From the NCBI GenBank assembly GCA_051647245.1, contig JBOFDS010000011.1, positions 47,945-111,944 on the forward strand: a stretch of 64,000 nt of DNA. Direction: 5' to 3'. Position 1 is the first letter of the stretch. Every line of letters starts with the position of its first letter. Positions 38,460 through 47,683 of this stretch are shown here, one piece after another. The DNA comes from Brevinema sp. Lineage in GTDB: Bacteria; Spirochaetota; Brevinematia; Brevinematales; Brevinemataceae. The notes beneath the pieces are model-generated. The model worked only from the letters and a program-made list of their open reading frames with translations, was not told the origin of the DNA and searched no databases. The translations under genes were made by a program, and so were the position numbers.

Positions 38460-38489
38460 AAAAAACCTCCCGAATTATGGGAGGTTTTG
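38460..38489. terminator. terminator, copy 2 of the 29-nt identical element
   Basis: aaaaaaCCTCCCgaattatGGGAGGtttt directly after the stop of the GT2 gene. Identical to 36422-36450. Confidence 0.65.
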
Positions 38490-38491
38490 TT

Positions 38492-39214
38492 CTATTTAAT
38501 AGGTAAGGTATTCATGATATATCTAATTCTGAGGATAATACATCCGAGGATCGCTTCATAGACGATAGATCCTTTGAGTTTGGTTTCACCGATAATTCTA
38601 TCGATAAACAAAATAGGCAACTCAACCAAATCAAAGCCTGCTGAAAATGCAACAGTCTTCATCTCTATTTGGAACATATAGCCTTTAGCATTGATCTTAT
38701 CAAGTTCGATTTTATTCAAGACATCTCTATGGTAAGCATTATAACCACCGGTCAAATCAGTACAAGGAACAGCTGTGATGGTTTGTGCATAAAAATTGGC
38801 AAAAATACTCAAGAAAAGCCGCTTCACATCCCAATCCAAGACACGAACTCCACCCACATAACGCGATCCCACAATAACTTTAGCCCCACCCTCAAGTTGC
38901 TCCACAAAATCTTTCAAAGCAAGAGGGCTATGTGAGAGATCTGCATCCATTTGGATGACATATTCATATCCCATTTCTAAAGCCTTCTTAAATCCTGCTA
39001 TATAAGCACGACCAAGTCCTTGTTTTTTTTCACGTTCGAGGATAAAAAGTCGTGTCCCAAATTCTCCAAACCCTTTAACGATATTGGCTGTACCGTCAGG
39101 CGAACCATCATCCACCACCAAAATATCCAGTTCCGTAGTCTCAAAAACCTGAGGGATAAGACGTTCAATATTGCCGGCTTCATTATATGTAGGTACGATC
39201 ACTATTCCTTTCAT
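38492..39214 (-). CDS. GT2 polyprenol-phosphate mannosyltransferase (Dpm1-like)
   Basis: IVIVPTYNEAGNI, ILVVDDGSPDGT, QMDADLSH, C-terminal FIDRIIGETKL. Confidence 0.8.
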   Translation of the reverse strand: MKGIVIVPTYNEAGNIERLIPQVFETTELDILVVDDGSPDGTANIVKGFGEFGTRLFILEREKKQGLGRAYIAGFKKALEMGYEYVIQMDADLSHSPLALKDFVEQLEGGAKVIVGSRYVGGVRVLDWDVKRLFLSIFANFYAQTITAVPCTDLTGGYNAYHRDVLNKIELDKINAKGYMFQIEMKTVAFSAGFDLVELPILFIDRIIGETKLKGSIVYEAILGCIILRIRYIMNTLPIK

Positions 39215-39367
39215 GTTCCAATCCTTCTTGAGTATTTTTATTGTTAATTGATTATAACGGATCGTGAGAAAAATTTCAACACAAAAGCCGATGATTGTGA
39301 ATATTTGAAAAAAGATCAAAAAAAAGATATAATAAAAAGGTAATTTACATATTTTAAGGAATCCTTC

Positions 39368-41257
39368 ATGAAAAAAAACTGGATTTACGCGTTGCTTCTT
39401 CTTAGTCCTATCTCACTTTTTAGTGTTGAAACAAAATTCATTCATAGCAAAAATTTTGAAAATATTTGGTTATGGCAATTGTCCAACACTTCTGTCCAGC
39501 CAGAGCAATACATTTCTCTTCCTAATGAAAGTCAAAATCTCCTGCGTTCTAAGGATCTTTTTTGGACGGCAGAAAAAATCAACAACCAATTTTACATAGG
39601 AACAGGAGAATCGGCAAAAATCCTCAAAATTTCTGCAAACTTCTCCAAACAAGAAGAAATTTATTCCAATCCTGATAAAACACTCGTTGGTGCGATCAAA
39701 TCCTTTGAGAATGGTCTTTTGGTTGGTCTTTCTCCAGAAAGTGAGCTCGTCCAGTTCAATCAAAATCATCAAGTCATCACAAATATCGCTCTATCAAACA
39801 CTTATATTTGGGATATCGTTCCCACCTCCAAGACTCATGCCTATGTCCTTGCTGGGATGCCTGCGGAAATCTACGAATATTCTGGCAAAACACTCACTCA
39901 TGTCCTTTCTTTATCTAATGAAGAACACCTTATCCATGGTATTTATCAAGGAGGGAGTCTTTGGGTACTTGGTGAAACAGCGCTTTACGAAGTCAAAAAT
40001 AACAAAGCCATTGCCATTGCTAGTTTTGATGGAACAGCATCTAGTTTTATTTACCACAAAAATAAATTCTATGTCATCATGTCCGAAAACATAAAAAATC
40101 CTGAAGATCCTAAATCTGATATTGTCAATAGCACTCTGCTAAGCGTGAGCAAAGATGGTGTTGTTGAGCGTCTTTATGTGACAAAAGGATTTTATTTCAC
40201 AGGAATTGGGGCTCAAAAAGACCACATCGTGATGGGTGGCGATCAATTTGGATTTTATGCACGCTATGATCTTGTTACCAAAAAAACAGAACTAGCAAGT
40301 CTTGGTGCTGGCAAAATCATTGAGATCTTCAACCACAATAACAATCTTCTTTTTATGACTGCTGATGAATCTGGTTTTTGGACGGTCGGAAATGTCCTTG
40401 CTCGTGAAGGGTCTTTTATCTCCGAAGTATACGACACGGGAAATGCCTCTTCTTGGGGACGTTTTCAAGCAAATATCTCTACCCCTCCAAATACAGAGAT
40501 CAAATTCTTCATCCAAAGTGGTGTTACGAAAGATCCTGATCTCTGGAGAGATTGGCAAGAAGTGAAGATAGGTCAAAATATCCCTACCCCTAAAGCGCGT
40601 TTTATCCGCTATAAAGCTGTCCTTACTTCCGATACCAAAGCAAAACCTTACGTCTACGAAGTTAAATTCCCATACACTCAACAAAATCTTGCGCCTATAT
40701 TTGACAACGTTACCATCACCCAATCAAATCGCGATACGCTCGTTGGGTGGGTTGCGCGCGATCCTAATAATGATATTTTGGAATTTGATATTTATCTTGC
40801 CGAAGATGGTATGGATAAGATCAAAATCACCCCAAAACCTGTTCAAGGGACAAACTTCCTCATTATGAACGAAATGTTTCCTTCTGGTTACAAACGTATT
40901 ACTCTTGTAGCTAGCGATAAACCATCAAACACACCAAAAGATGCTCTCACAACAGAATATCATTCTATTCCTGTATTGATAGATAGTGAAGGTCCAAGAA
41001 TCAATCCTATCACCATCAACAAAAGAAGTAAAAAAGCCTCCGTATCTGCGACTGATGAATTTAGCATTATCAAACAGATGCTTGTTGTTATTGATGGAGC
41101 AGATCCTATTTCTATTCTCCCTAAAGATGGTATCTTTGACGATACGAGAGAGGAGTTTGAGTTTGATGTGCCTGTGAATAAAACAACCTTCATCCAAGTC
41201 CACATTACTGACGCGGCTGGAAACACCTCAACTAGAGGCACAACAATCACACCTTAA
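39368..41257 (+). CDS. large secreted hypothetical protein
   Basis: Signal peptide MKKNWIYALLLLSPISLFS. N-terminal half repeat-like (possible propeller), C-terminal half beta-rich/Ig-like. No family recognised. Confidence 0.45.
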   Translation: MKKNWIYALLLLSPISLFSVETKFIHSKNFENIWLWQLSNTSVQPEQYISLPNESQNLLRSKDLFWTAEKINNQFYIGTGESAKILKISANFSKQEEIYSNPDKTLVGAIKSFENGLLVGLSPESELVQFNQNHQVITNIALSNTYIWDIVPTSKTHAYVLAGMPAEIYEYSGKTLTHVLSLSNEEHLIHGIYQGGSLWVLGETALYEVKNNKAIAIASFDGTASSFIYHKNKFYVIMSENIKNPEDPKSDIVNSTLLSVSKDGVVERLYVTKGFYFTGIGAQKDHIVMGGDQFGFYARYDLVTKKTELASLGAGKIIEIFNHNNNLLFMTADESGFWTVGNVLAREGSFISEVYDTGNASSWGRFQANISTPPNTEIKFFIQSGVTKDPDLWRDWQEVKIGQNIPTPKARFIRYKAVLTSDTKAKPYVYEVKFPYTQQNLAPIFDNVTITQSNRDTLVGWVARDPNNDILEFDIYLAEDGMDKIKITPKPVQGTNFLIMNEMFPSGYKRITLVASDKPSNTPKDALTTEYHSIPVLIDSEGPRINPITINKRSKKASVSATDEFSIIKQMLVVIDGADPISILPKDGIFDDTREEFEFDVPVNKTTFIQVHITDAAGNTSTRGTTITP

Positions 41258-41277
41258 GATTAACAAGGGAATTTCTC

Positions 41278-42429
41278 ATGACAAAAAACATCATCCTTCT
41301 CGGAGCAACAGGATCTGTTGGAAGCTCTGTATTGAGCGTCCTCAGAGAGTATCCGAAAAAATTCACACTCACGGCTTTTTCTGCTTGGAATAATGTTGAC
41401 AAAACAATCGCCATCATCAAAGAATTCCATCCAAAATACGTTGCGATGCAGTTTCCTCATGAAGAATTGATTTCTCTCTTCCCTGATGTGCAGTTTTTCT
41501 TTGGGAGTGAGGGAATCAACGAACTCACAAAAATCAAAGAAGCCGATACAGTCGTATCGGCGATTTTGGGTACTGCTGGATTTTTGCCAGCTTTATCTGC
41601 ATTAAATCAAAATAAACATCTCATCACCGCTAACAAAGAATCCCTTGTAGCCGGTGGAAAATTTTTGAAAGAAAGTGCCAAAAAACATGGCACAGAAATT
41701 ATTCCTCTTGATAGTGAGCATCTTGCGATTTTCGATCTTCTCAGAGGAAAGGACAAATCCGAAGTTAAAGAACTCGTCTTAACAGCATCAGGAGGTCCTT
41801 TCTTTAGAAAAGACATTACAGATCAAACCAGCATCCAAGAAGTCCTTCAACATCCTACTTGGAATATGGGAGCGAGTATCACTGTCGGCAGTGCCCTCAT
41901 GATCAACAAAGGACTGGAAGTCATCGAAGCGATGCGTCTTTTCGACCTCCCTGAAAATCAGATTTCTGTGCTCGTCCACCCACAATCTATCGTACACGGC
42001 GCTCTCAACATGAAAAGCGGACATTGGCATATGCTGGCATCACCTGCTGATATGCGTTATCCTGCCTTGCATTCGCTTTTTTATCCAGAGGCTCCTTTTG
42101 AGGCTCCTTTTGGTGAGTACAATCCTATCAGTAAGCCTTTGGAATTTTTTGATGTTGATTATACGAAGTTTCCACTACTTAAGCTTGCTCGTGAAGTTGC
42201 TCAAGCCGATGGTATTTTGCCAACGGTACTCTGTGCGTCAATGGAAGTAGCTATTGCGAAGTTTTTGGAAGGAGAAGTCAAATTCATCAAGATTCCTCAG
42301 CTCATCCAAGAAAGTCTTGACAGTGTAACAAATCGTGAACTTTCTAGCCCTGAAGAAGTTTTAGAAATTGATCAAGAAACTCGCCTCACCCTATCAACCA
42401 AAATCAAAAATACAACTGATCTCATTTAG
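41278..42429 (+). CDS. dxr: 1-deoxy-D-xylulose 5-phosphate reductoisomerase
   Basis: LLGATGSVGSSVL NADPH loop, ANKESLV, IPLDSEH, HPTWNMG. Confidence 0.93.
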   Translation: MTKNIILLGATGSVGSSVLSVLREYPKKFTLTAFSAWNNVDKTIAIIKEFHPKYVAMQFPHEELISLFPDVQFFFGSEGINELTKIKEADTVVSAILGTAGFLPALSALNQNKHLITANKESLVAGGKFLKESAKKHGTEIIPLDSEHLAIFDLLRGKDKSEVKELVLTASGGPFFRKDITDQTSIQEVLQHPTWNMGASITVGSALMINKGLEVIEAMRLFDLPENQISVLVHPQSIVHGALNMKSGHWHMLASPADMRYPALHSLFYPEAPFEAPFGEYNPISKPLEFFDVDYTKFPLLKLAREVAQADGILPTVLCASMEVAIAKFLEGEVKFIKIPQLIQESLDSVTNRELSSPEEVLEIDQETRLTLSTKIKNTTDLI

Positions 42430-43310
42430 TTTTTGGGAACGTAATGGCTTGTTTCTGTCGCAAGAGTATAGAGATTTTGAAGGAGAGCGGAGATCGTCAT
42501 CGGGCCTACCCCTCCTGGTACAGGCGTAATAGCCAAGGCTTGATCCTTGAGATCATCAAAATCCATATCGCCGACAAGGCGCTCTTTTTGGATTGTTTCA
42601 TCCCAAACTTTATTCATTCCCACATCGATGAGTACCGTCCCTTCTGACACCATATCTTTGGTGATGAGGTGGGCTTTGCCGACTGCAGAAACAATGAGAT
42701 CGGAATTGAGACAAAGTTCTTTTAAGTTTTTAGTATATTTATGCGCAATCGTTACGGTTGCGTTTTTTTGTAATAAAAGAGCTGCCGTTGGTTTACCGAC
42801 AATATTACTTGCGCCAATAACGAGTGCTTTTTTCCCTTCAAGAGACCAAGATTCTCCCAACAAATCTAAGAGCTGCATGATTCCTGTCGGTGTCGCCGGA
42901 GCAAAATCCGAAACCCCTGTCATAAGATTACCCACATGATGAGGATGAAAGGCATCTACATCCTTTGATGGTGCAACTTTTAATAAAATATGTGCCGTAT
43001 CGATATGTTTTGGAAGGGGGAGTTGAACTAAAATTCCGTGGATTTTATCATTTTGATTGAGTTTTTCAATCTCTGTAATCAATTCCTCTTCGGTACACGT
43101 TTCTGGTAGATAGATAGGATGCGGCAAGACCCCCACTTTCTCACAGGCTCTGATTTTTGATTGGACATAAATTTTTGAAGCAGAATCGTCACCTACAAGA
43201 ACAGTAGCAAGACAAAGTTTAAAAGATAAAGTATCAATTTTTTTCTTAAGGATTTTATTATATTCTTCCGATAGTACTTTACCGTTTAGTAAAAGAAATG
43301 AATTATTCAA
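42426..43310 (-). CDS. folD: bifunctional methylenetetrahydrofolate dehydrogenase/cyclohydrolase
   Basis: VLVGDDSASKIYV, GILVQLPLP, PATPTGIM, VIGASNIVGKP, PVPGGVGPMT. No Met sits at the conserved N-terminus. The TTG at 43310 has AGGAG 9 nt upstream, and the listed 43403 start adds a non-homologous extension. Confidence 0.9.
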   Translation of the reverse strand: MNNSFLLLNGKVLSEEYNKILKKKIDTLSFKLCLATVLVGDDSASKIYVQSKIRACEKVGVLPHPIYLPETCTEEELITEIEKLNQNDKIHGILVQLPLPKHIDTAHILLKVAPSKDVDAFHPHHVGNLMTGVSDFAPATPTGIMQLLDLLGESWSLEGKKALVIGASNIVGKPTAALLLQKNATVTIAHKYTKNLKELCLNSDLIVSAVGKAHLITKDMVSEGTVLIDVGMNKVWDETIQKERLVGDMDFDDLKDQALAITPVPGGVGPMTISALLQNLYTLATETSHYVPKN

Positions 43311-43364
43311 TAGAGAAACTCCTGATAAAAATAAAATTTCGAAAATGAAAAACTTGAGGAATAT

Positions 43365-44414
43365 ATGGAAACAAAAAGCGTCACGATCAGCGATTCGATG
43401 CATTTAGCGATCAAAGGAAATTTTGAATTAGTAGGCAAGAATGTTTTTGGAATTTTTGCTATTCTCATCAATCTAAAATCAAAAACTATCACCAACACTT
43501 GGCTCTTTGCCTCTGGTTTTCACGATATGATTGAAGAGAATAGTATTCATACAGCTTGGTCTGAATATGAAACAATTTTGAACAACTTACAATTATCTGG
43601 TAATTACGCAGAACACGTTACTGTGTCCTTAAAACAATCCCTTCACGAATATCTGACTAGAGATAAGAATATTGCATTATTGATTGTGGATGATCTTGGT
43701 CGAAACAGGTCTAAAGAAATTAGAAATACGATTCTTTCTGTATTTAAGAACGTTGAGAAAAAAAGTAGTATTAACATGGATATGACCTATGAAGTTATTG
43801 ATACTTCAGCTCCGCGTCACCCTGTTCTTCAAAAAGCTGATTCTACTGAAGCAAAACCTGAAGAAAATCCTGTAAATTCTAACATTGCGGTTGACCATGC
43901 TCCCCCAACTCTATCCACAGAAAAAAAACAAGTACCTGCACACGCCGTTCTTGCGCCATTTTATAATAGTGTTATGTCACACGATCTTAAAGTTGGTCAA
44001 AAGATTTTGATGATGGTTGATGATAACAATCCTTACGCAAAACATTGTGCTGAAGCATTGGGAGCATATAGTAAGACAGCAGAAGGAACTCTTAAAAAGA
44101 CGCCTATTGTAGCTACTGTTATTGATATTAAAAGAAATCCCGCAAAAAAACTTTTAGATATTAGTGTTGCATACAATGAATTTTACTATAGTAGAATCAA
44201 CATTGAAGAAGGCATCAAAATCAAATTTTATGATCCTATGTCTCCTGAAAAAGTTGCATCTGCTGCAAATCGTGTTCCAGTAAAACAACCAGAACCAGTA
44301 AAATTCAACAAAGATTATACACGTAACCTCTTCAAAGATCCGCTCTTTGTTAAGTTGTTGATATCAATTGTCGCGTGTATCGTGATCAGCATCTTTATGA
44401 TGTTATTTATTTAA
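43365..44414 (+). CDS. hypothetical protein with C-terminal TM anchor
   Basis: GAGGA RBS. 349 aa. Single C-terminal helix LLISIVACIVISIFMMLFI. No motif recognised. Confidence 0.4.
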   Translation: METKSVTISDSMHLAIKGNFELVGKNVFGIFAILINLKSKTITNTWLFASGFHDMIEENSIHTAWSEYETILNNLQLSGNYAEHVTVSLKQSLHEYLTRDKNIALLIVDDLGRNRSKEIRNTILSVFKNVEKKSSINMDMTYEVIDTSAPRHPVLQKADSTEAKPEENPVNSNIAVDHAPPTLSTEKKQVPAHAVLAPFYNSVMSHDLKVGQKILMMVDDNNPYAKHCAEALGAYSKTAEGTLKKTPIVATVIDIKRNPAKKLLDISVAYNEFYYSRINIEEGIKIKFYDPMSPEKVASAANRVPVKQPEPVKFNKDYTRNLFKDPLFVKLLISIVACIVISIFMMLFI

Positions 44415-44415
44415 T

Positions 44416-45426
44416 CTAAAAAACGAGCCTTAGCGTTGCTATCCAGAGTAAGATGATCGAAGAAAAGATCACCACTCCGATGGCAACGCTATTTTTTTTA
44501 ACGAGAGTTAGGACAGCTAAAAGAATCGTAGCAAACATAATAGAAATAATAATAAACAGATTATTCAATGGGGTTTCACGCCAAAAATTCCCTGTCACCA
44601 AAGTCGAAGCAAAAAGTAAGGTTACTAAGTTAAACATATTACTTCCAAAGATATTTTCAACCGCAATACTAGTATGACCTTTCTTGATGATTTGGAAGGT
44701 AGTTGCGACTTCAGGAACAGAGGTAACAAATGCCAAAATTAATGTCCCGATAAAGTGTTGTCCAAGAGGTTTATTTATGATAGGGGCAGGCACCGTAGCT
44801 AAGGCATCGCACAGAAAAACGAGTACCCATGAAATTGCGATAATCAAAAAAGCAAAAAAAGTAAAGCCAAATATCACTTGAGGGAGTGTTTTGTTTGTTT
44901 GATGAGGAGAGGTAGATTCTGCTTCAAATTCAGCTTCTGCTTGAGCATCTTGATGAAGACCAAAATTATAGGACATCGCCCAAAGATAAATCACAAGCCC
45001 AAGACCAAAAAGAACGAATTTATTAACTTGAATATCAACAATCCACGCAAGAGACAGTGCTAACATAGGAAGACAAAGTAACGTAATACTTACCAATAAA
45101 CTAAATAGAGATTGGGTAGTAATATTGATTTTTTGTTTGAAATGGATTAGACAAATCGTACTCAAAATAGCAAGATTGATCAAATTAGAACCCAGTACAC
45201 CGCCAGAAGCAAGCCCAAAAAGTCCTTGCTTCACAGCAATCACCGTACTTATCAACTCTGGTACGGATGTGATTGCAGCGATCAACAAAAGGCCAATAAA
45301 GGCACCTGAGATCTTCGTAAGGATAGAGAGCTGATCAGCATACTCAACAAGCTTATCCCCAACAAAAAATACAACAAAAATACAAGATATAATAATCGCT
45401 AAAATCAAATAAAAATTTTCTAACAT
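44416..45426 (-). CDS. CaCA-family (YrbG-like) sodium/calcium exchanger membrane protein
   Basis: Two alpha-repeat regions (TSVPELISTV...GSNLINLAIL and TSVPEVATTF...GSNMFNLVTL) separated by an acidic loop. Confidence 0.75.
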   Translation of the reverse strand: MLENFYLILAIIISCIFVVFFVGDKLVEYADQLSILTKISGAFIGLLLIAAITSVPELISTVIAVKQGLFGLASGGVLGSNLINLAILSTICLIHFKQKINITTQSLFSLLVSITLLCLPMLALSLAWIVDIQVNKFVLFGLGLVIYLWAMSYNFGLHQDAQAEAEFEAESTSPHQTNKTLPQVIFGFTFFAFLIIAISWVLVFLCDALATVPAPIINKPLGQHFIGTLILAFVTSVPEVATTFQIIKKGHTSIAVENIFGSNMFNLVTLLFASTLVTGNFWRETPLNNLFIIISIMFATILLAVLTLVKKNSVAIGVVIFSSIILLWIATLRLVF

Positions 45427-45427
45427 A

Positions 45428-46219
45428 TTAACCTCTTTTGGAACCTAGAATAATGAATTTTGAGAACAGATAGACAATGACTGCTGTCAGCACTATTAAC
45501 GCACCGGGTGCAACATCGAATTGAATTGATAAAAGAATACCCATCACCATCGAAAAAATTGTATAAAAAAATGAAATAATAAGAGTGATGGTGAGGTTTT
45601 TTTGCCATAAAAGTGCAAAGGAAGCGGGAAGGATCGTCATTGCTGCGACTAAAAGGACTCCTACGAGACGAATCCCCAAGATGATACTAACAGAGAGTGC
45701 CCCATAAATGATCGTATCAAGAAGACCAGCGCGAACACCTGAAACTAAGGCAGAGTCACGATCAAAACTGATATATAAAATTTTACCTGATAAAGGTAAA
45801 AAGAAGGCATATACTAAGATAGTAACAATAGCACCAATCAACAAATCTTGAGAGGTAATGCCGACCAAATCACCGAACAAAAATCCCATCATGTTAAAAG
45901 TATTATCCGTATTAATAGCAAGTAAAACCATCCCCAGAGCCATTGCCCCAGAAAAAAACAAACTCGTCCCTGTATCGGCCGATTTTTTATGTGTTTTCCC
46001 TGCGATGATTGTCAAAGCAGCACAAAAAACAGACGTTGTTAAGAAAGGATCCCAGCCTAAAAAATTGGCTAAACCCATTCCCCCAAACGCAGCATGTTCA
46101 GTGCCTATCGCCAAGAAAGAAAGTCGTCTCGTTACGATAATAAAAGAAATCAAAGTAAACAAAAACGAAAGGATTAAAGAGATCATGATCGCATTACGAA
46201 AAAACTCAAATTCAAACAT
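45428..46219 (-). CDS. ABC-3 family metal (Zn/Mn/Fe) ABC transporter permease
   Basis: ZnuB/TroD-like pattern: MFEFEFFRNA..., 8 TM helices. 263 aa. Confidence 0.8.
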   Translation of the reverse strand: MFEFEFFRNAIMISLILSFLFTLISFIIVTRRLSFLAIGTEHAAFGGMGLANFLGWDPFLTTSVFCAALTIIAGKTHKKSADTGTSLFFSGAMALGMVLLAINTDNTFNMMGFLFGDLVGITSQDLLIGAIVTILVYAFFLPLSGKILYISFDRDSALVSGVRAGLLDTIIYGALSVSIILGIRLVGVLLVAAMTILPASFALLWQKNLTITLIISFFYTIFSMVMGILLSIQFDVAPGALIVLTAVIVYLFSKFIILGSKRG

Positions 46220-46496
46220 ATTTTTATCCTTTTATATATTGCTAAAATAAATATTTGTATAAATTATATTATACAGAAAAGTAAGAAAAAATTCAAACAA
46301 ATACCACAGCATAAACGAAATAAAAGATTTTTTTCACATCAGTTAAAAATTTGACATTATCTAACAAATCGGTGTAATATGATGGTATCAAACGAAGATT
46401 TTTATTTGACAATATTAAGTATTTTATTTAAGAAATCGAACACGTTTTGTCGAAAATCTATTATCTCAAAATAACAGATTAATTGTGGGAGTAAGT

Positions 46497-47240
46497 ATGA
46501 GTGGGCGACTGTATGTGATAGGGACTCCTATCGGAAACCTTGAAGATATAACCTACCGTGCCGTCCGCACCTTAAATGAAGTTCCGATTATTGCTTGTGA
46601 GAATGCACTTCGTACGAGAAAATTACTGACCCATTTTGAAATTCAAAAGAAGAAAATTATCGAATGTTCTCCCGCAAATGAAAGAAACTCAGCAAAAGGT
46701 ATTGCCCAATTCCTCGAACAAGGCATGGATGTTGCTCTAGTTAGTGATGCTGGGACTCCTAGTGTTTCCGATCCAGGGATGTTTGTCGTGAAGACGGTTT
46801 CAGAGTTAGGGTTTGAAGTAATTCCTATTCCAGGTGTATCAGCCCTAACAACAATTATTTCAGTCGCTGGAATTGGTGGCGAAAACATTGTGTTTACAGG
46901 ATTCTTGTCTAAAAAAGAAGGTCAGATAAAAAAAACGTTACTACAATTTGCTGATAAAAACAATGTGCTGGTGGTTTTCGTTTCCTGCCACCGAATCAAA
47001 AAGTTTTTAAAAACTATAAAGGATTTGGATGAATCTGCCGATATTATAGTAGGAAAAGAATTGACTAAAACTTTTGAGACTGTCTATCGAGGGTCGGTTG
47101 CCGAGATAGAAGCGCGACTAAAGGAAGAAGAGAAGGGTGAATTTGTCGTTGTTGTCAAATTTTCAAATCCGCTTTCTTTAGAAGATTTACCCACAAATCA
47201 AATTAAATCTAAAAAAGAAAAACGAAAACAAAAGTTATAG
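46497..47240 (+). CDS. rsmI: 16S rRNA (cytidine1402-2'-O)-methyltransferase
   Basis: GRLYVIGTPIGNLEDITYRAVRTL, VSDAGTPSVSDPG, GVSAL: RsmI/tetrapyrrole-methylase fold. Lys-rich tail. Confidence 0.88.
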   Translation: MSGRLYVIGTPIGNLEDITYRAVRTLNEVPIIACENALRTRKLLTHFEIQKKKIIECSPANERNSAKGIAQFLEQGMDVALVSDAGTPSVSDPGMFVVKTVSELGFEVIPIPGVSALTTIISVAGIGGENIVFTGFLSKKEGQIKKTLLQFADKNNVLVVFVSCHRIKKFLKTIKDLDESADIIVGKELTKTFETVYRGSVAEIEARLKEEEKGEFVVVVKFSNPLSLEDLPTNQIKSKKEKRKQKL

Positions 47241-47328
47241 ACTCTAATTATTAAAGGTTATGTATGGCTGTGCATAACTCTAGTGTTTATAACACGAAAC
47301 GGGGAGAAAACTTTTAGGAGGTTCGTTC

Positions 47329-47622
47329 ATGGAGATTAGAAACGTTGGTGGTGTCACTCCTCCATCTCATTCTCACAACTCAAAAAAAGTATCTTACACT
47401 CAAAATATCCAATCACCTCAATCTGATGATTCTCTAAAAGTATCTACGGAAGCTAGGTTACTAGAAGACGAAGCATTTATCCGCGATGTTCTTCAACGTA
47501 CTCCTGATATTAATCCAGAAAGACTTAAACAAGTAAAAGAAAATCTTGAGAATGGTGCTTATGATAAAAAAGAAGTACTAGATACAATGACAGAAAATTT
47601 AATGAAAGCTCTCGGATTATAA
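47329..47622 (+). CDS. flgM: anti-sigma-28 factor FlgM
   Basis: 97 aa. DSLKVSTEARLL...RLKQVKENLENGAYDKKEVLDTMTENLMKAL matches the FlgM C-terminal sigma-28-binding pattern. AGGAGG RBS. Confidence 0.7.
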   Translation: MEIRNVGGVTPPSHSHNSKKVSYTQNIQSPQSDDSLKVSTEARLLEDEAFIRDVLQRTPDINPERLKQVKENLENGAYDKKEVLDTMTENLMKALGL

Positions 47623-47638
47623 AATTTCGGATAAAAAT

Positions 47639-47670
47639 AAAAAAAACACCCTTTATAGGGTGTTTTTTTT
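47639..47670. terminator. bidirectional terminator
   Basis: aaaaaaACACCCTttatAGGGTGTtttttttt between flgM and fliM (convergent). Confidence 0.65.
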
Positions 47671-47683
47671 ATTGGAATATTTA

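Noticed and set aside
42426-42429. Convergent dxr/folD stop codons overlap (TTTAG). The same geometry occurs at 14095-14098 between M15-like copy B and the lipoprotein gene.
   Set aside because: This is just compact genome organisation with no evidence of a functional element. It is noted only because no terminator separates these convergent pairs.
47241-47328. Possible sigma-28 promoter upstream of flgM (TAAAGGTT-N12-GCATAACT), overlapping a small hairpin.
   Set aside because: The -10 element matches the GCCGATAA consensus poorly, so it is too weak to report as a feature.
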